64,000 bases of DNA from Candidatus Kapaibacterium sp. (GTDB lineage Bacteria; Bacteroidota; Ignavibacteria; Kapaibacteriales; UBA2268): the NCBI GenBank assembly GCA_963665665.1, contig OY762428.1, forward strand, positions 4,512,001-4,576,000, in the 5' to 3' direction. The notes below the pieces were generated by a model. It worked only from the letters and a program-made list of their open reading frames with translations. It was not told the origin of the DNA and ran no database searches. The translations under genes and the position numbers were made by a program. This document shows, piece after piece, positions 61,705-64,000 of this stretch. Positions within the stretch are counted from its first letter, which is position 1. Each line of letters starts with the position of its first letter.

Positions 61705-61986
61705 ATTGAACACTTGGTTGGCTTTACTGAACACTTGGTTGGCTTTACTGAACACTTGGTTGATCTTACTGAACACTTGGTTAATCTTACTGAACACTTG
61801 GTTAATCTTACTGAACACTTGGTTAATCTTACTGAACACTTGGTTGATCTTACTGAACACTTGGTTGATCTTACTGAACACTTGGTTGGCTTTACTGAAC
61901 ACTTGGTTGACCTTACTGAACACTTGGTTGGCTTTACTGAACACTTGGTTGATCTTACTGAACACTTGGTTGATCTTACTGAACAT
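61705..61986. repeat. 21-bp tandem array A (ACTGAACACTTGGTTGATCTT), 13 full units plus a partial
   Basis: Direct reading; variants end in GGCTTT, GATCTT or AATCTT. Confidence 0.95.
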
Positions 61987-61996
61987 GTTCTTTGCC

Positions 61997-62248
61997 TCCG
62001 ACCAAGAGTTCAATGACTTCGACCAAGGCATCAATGACTTCGACCAAGGCATCAATAACTCCGACCAAGGCATCAATAACTTCGACCAAGGCATCAATGA
62101 CTTCAACCAAGGCGTCAATAACTCCGACCAAGGCATCAATGACTTCAACCAAGACGTCAATGCCTTCAACCAAGGCATCAATAACTTCGACCAAGGCATC
62201 AATAACTCCGACCAAGGCATCAATAGCTTCAACCAAGAGTTCATTATC
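61997..62248. repeat. 21-bp tandem array B (TTCGACCAAGGCATCAATAAC), about 12 units plus a degenerate tail
   Basis: Direct reading; the register continues in degenerate form to about 62310. Confidence 0.95.
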
Positions 62249-62314
62249 TTCAAACAAGGCGGCAATAAAGCAAAACATTGCTGCAATAGGTGCAAACAAG
62301 ACCTCAATACCTCT

Positions 62315-62796
62315 GACCCCTACCAAACCCTCCCCGAAGGAGAGGGCTTTGATGGAAAACAAGGCAGCAATGACTTAGAACATCGGTGCATTACCATAGA
62401 CCCTTCCTACCTCCCCCCGGCCCCCTCCTTCAAAAGGAGGGGGAGTTAATTCTATGATATTTAACTTCTTATCCCCTCCTAAAGTAGGAGGGGAATACAG
62501 GGGTAGATTCTTTTTCTTAGCTTCCCTTATCCACGAGATAGAGCACCTGGCTATTGAATTTGATGAAAGCAGGAGGAGTTAATTCTATGATATTTAACTT
62601 CTTATCCCCTCCTAAAGTAGGAGGGGAATACAGGGGTGGATTCTTTTTCTTAGCTTACTTTATCCACGAGATAGAGCACGTGGCTATTGATTTTGCGAGG
62701 GCAGGAATGGGATGTCATACTGAGCGCAGCGAAGTATCCATCTTTGTTTGCCGATAATGTATTAAGAATTGATCCTTCGATTCTCTCAGGATGACA
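62315..62796. repeat. Cluster of REP-like palindromic modules, right block, including a ~130-bp direct duplication
   Basis: About 62443-62560 recurs at about 62575-62692; CCCCCTCCTT-CAA-AAGGAGGGGG hairpin; a third TGTCAT...ATGACA hairpin at 62713-62796. Confidence 0.8.
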
Positions 62797-62823
62797 TGCT
62801 CTTTCGGAATGCTGTTCAGAAAT

Positions 62824-62856
62824 AAAAAAGCCCCGCAAATAACGGGGCTAAAAAAA
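62824..62856 (-). terminator. Terminator of the TPR gene
   Basis: AGCCCCG...CGGGGCT with a minus-strand U-run. Confidence 0.7.
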
Positions 62857-62874
62857 TTTAAATGAGATGATCAA

Positions 62875-64000
62875 TTATTTAAAAATTGATTTCACTTTCC
62901 CAAGCCTTGTTTTTGCATCTGTTTCTGTTGCAGAGTCGCCTTTGTCGGCAGCAACTTCGGCAAGGAGTTCAAGAGCGTCTTTGCTACGAATATTGTCAAT
63001 TCCAAATTTGGCTATTCCCATATCAAGTGATTTTTTCAAATATTCTATAGCTTTGTCAGCATTTCCTTTTTCTTTCTCGATTCCGCCAAGTATATAATAG
63101 TAATTCTGCCAGAATGGTGAATCGTCCTTGAAACGTTTTGAAAGAATACTCTTTGCTTTATTCAGATTTGTTTCTGCTTTGTCAGCCATGCCCGCTTTCA
63201 TCTGCATTTCCGCAAGGTCAACTATAGGCTCGTATAGTGGTTCTGTATCTGCCGGGTAATGTTTGGCAGCGGCATCAAAAGATTTCTGCGCAAATTCAGC
63301 GGCCTTTTCAGTATTGCCTTCAAAATCATTGATGGAGGCGAGTATGCTGAAAAATCTCACAGATGATTTCTTTTCAGGATTGAGTTCTTTTTCTGTAAGT
63401 AGTTTTCTTATTCTCTCGTTTACTTCTTTCATTTCATCTGTTTTACCATACTCATAATACATCCAGGAAAGGTAGCTCAGGATATAAACACTGCTAACAT
63501 AATCCTCGCCAAAGGATGAATCGTAGGCTTTAACGGTTTTTTCAATAATCGGCAGGGCTTCAACCATTTCTCCCTGAACCATATTATTGGAAATGTAGCG
63601 CAGGTCGTAGCCGGCCCTTGCAATATTTCCTTCCTCCAGCGAATCCAGAGCAATTTTTCTTGCCCTGTCAATCAATCGTTTAGCCTTTTTATAATCCCAT
63701 TTTCTTTCAATTGCCTGGCCAAAATCTAACATCTTCTGTGCTGTCATCAGGCTTTTCCTGCCTTCTTTTCTCTGGGTGATTTTCATGGCATCTTCTCTCA
63801 GGTCGAATGATTCATCCCAGCGGTACTGCTCTTCGTAATATGATGCCAGGCGGGATAAAGCATAAGCATAATCAAGGCTTTTAGGATCGGATTTTTTATA
63901 AATATCCGTGGCTTTTTTCTGTAATTCAATAGCTTTATCGTATTTGCCCATGTCTTCATAAAGGCTTCCGTGAGTCTGAATAACACCGGCATAGGCGGGT
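62875..64000 (-). CDS. Kinesin-light-chain-type TPR protein, C-terminal part; start lies outside the window
   Basis: 42-aa TPRs (GKYDKAIEL.KKA..I); the frame stays open upstream of ATG 63951 to the window edge. Confidence 0.8.
   Translation of the reverse strand, partial: PAYAGVIQTHGSLYEDMGKYDKAIELQKKATDIYKKSDPKSLDYAYALSRLASYYEEQYRWDESFDLREDAMKITQRKEGRKSLMTAQKMLDFGQAIERKWDYKKAKRLIDRARKIALDSLEEGNIARAGYDLRYISNNMVQGEMVEALPIIEKTVKAYDSSFGEDYVSSVYILSYLSWMYYEYGKTDEMKEVNERIRKLLTEKELNPEKKSSVRFFSILASINDFEGNTEKAAEFAQKSFDAAAKHYPADTEPLYEPIVDLAEMQMKAGMADKAETNLNKAKSILSKRFKDDSPFWQNYYYILGGIEKEKGNADKAIEYLKKSLDMGIAKFGIDNIRSKDALELLAEVAADKGDSATETDAKTRLGKVKSIFK

Noticed and set aside
61705-62248. CRISPR array or confident CDS in the 21-bp arrays
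   Set aside because: The units are contiguous with no spacers. Five overlapping frames are open simply because the units lack stops, so no frame can be chosen.
61651-62449. Repeat peptides as the precursor for the ATP-grasp pair
   Set aside because: They lie about 23 kb away, have no recognisable leader, lack graspetide-like core motifs, and their coding status is unsupported.

Overview
AT-rich bacterial chromosome segment from the FCB group. It is probably Ignavibacteria/Candidatus Kapabacteria-like; this is inferred from a short Bacteroidetes-type primary sigma factor, TTTG-N19-20-TAnnTTTG promoters, T9SS C-terminal sorting domains and an alpha2-type GlyRS. Most of the window is housekeeping: nagZ-like GH3, a partial polysaccharide locus (rfbB, wecB, wza-like, wzi-like, priming transferase, GT2), six tRNA genes, glyQS, ctpA-like protease, rpoD, several histidine kinases, efp-accB-accC, gcvH, pdxH, ppiD-like and aroB-aroD-aroE/aroK. 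No CRISPR-Cas, rRNA or intact transposase is visible. Unusual items: (1) a 5-copy ~124-bp tandem array behind tRNA-Leu(GAG) whose units carry a remodelled tRNA 3' half, some able to fold into a Leu acceptor microhelix, plus a terminator; (2) two 21-bp tandem arrays that are inverted homologues in exact register around a central palindrome, embedded in a mosaic of REP-like hairpins; (3) a translationally coupled operon of membrane-anchored SBP-like protein, TolC, a degenerate ATP-grasp and an MvdD/RimK-like ATP-grasp with no visible precursor peptide; (4) a RecQ-PRTase fusion coupled to DprA, resembling ShosTA; (5) a strand-specific structured RNA with a terminator directly upstream of prsW; (6) tandem histidine kinases sharing a ~580-bp near-identical core; (7) an internally deleted YhcG/DUF1016 pseudogene. 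All product calls are by eye from motifs, not database searches.
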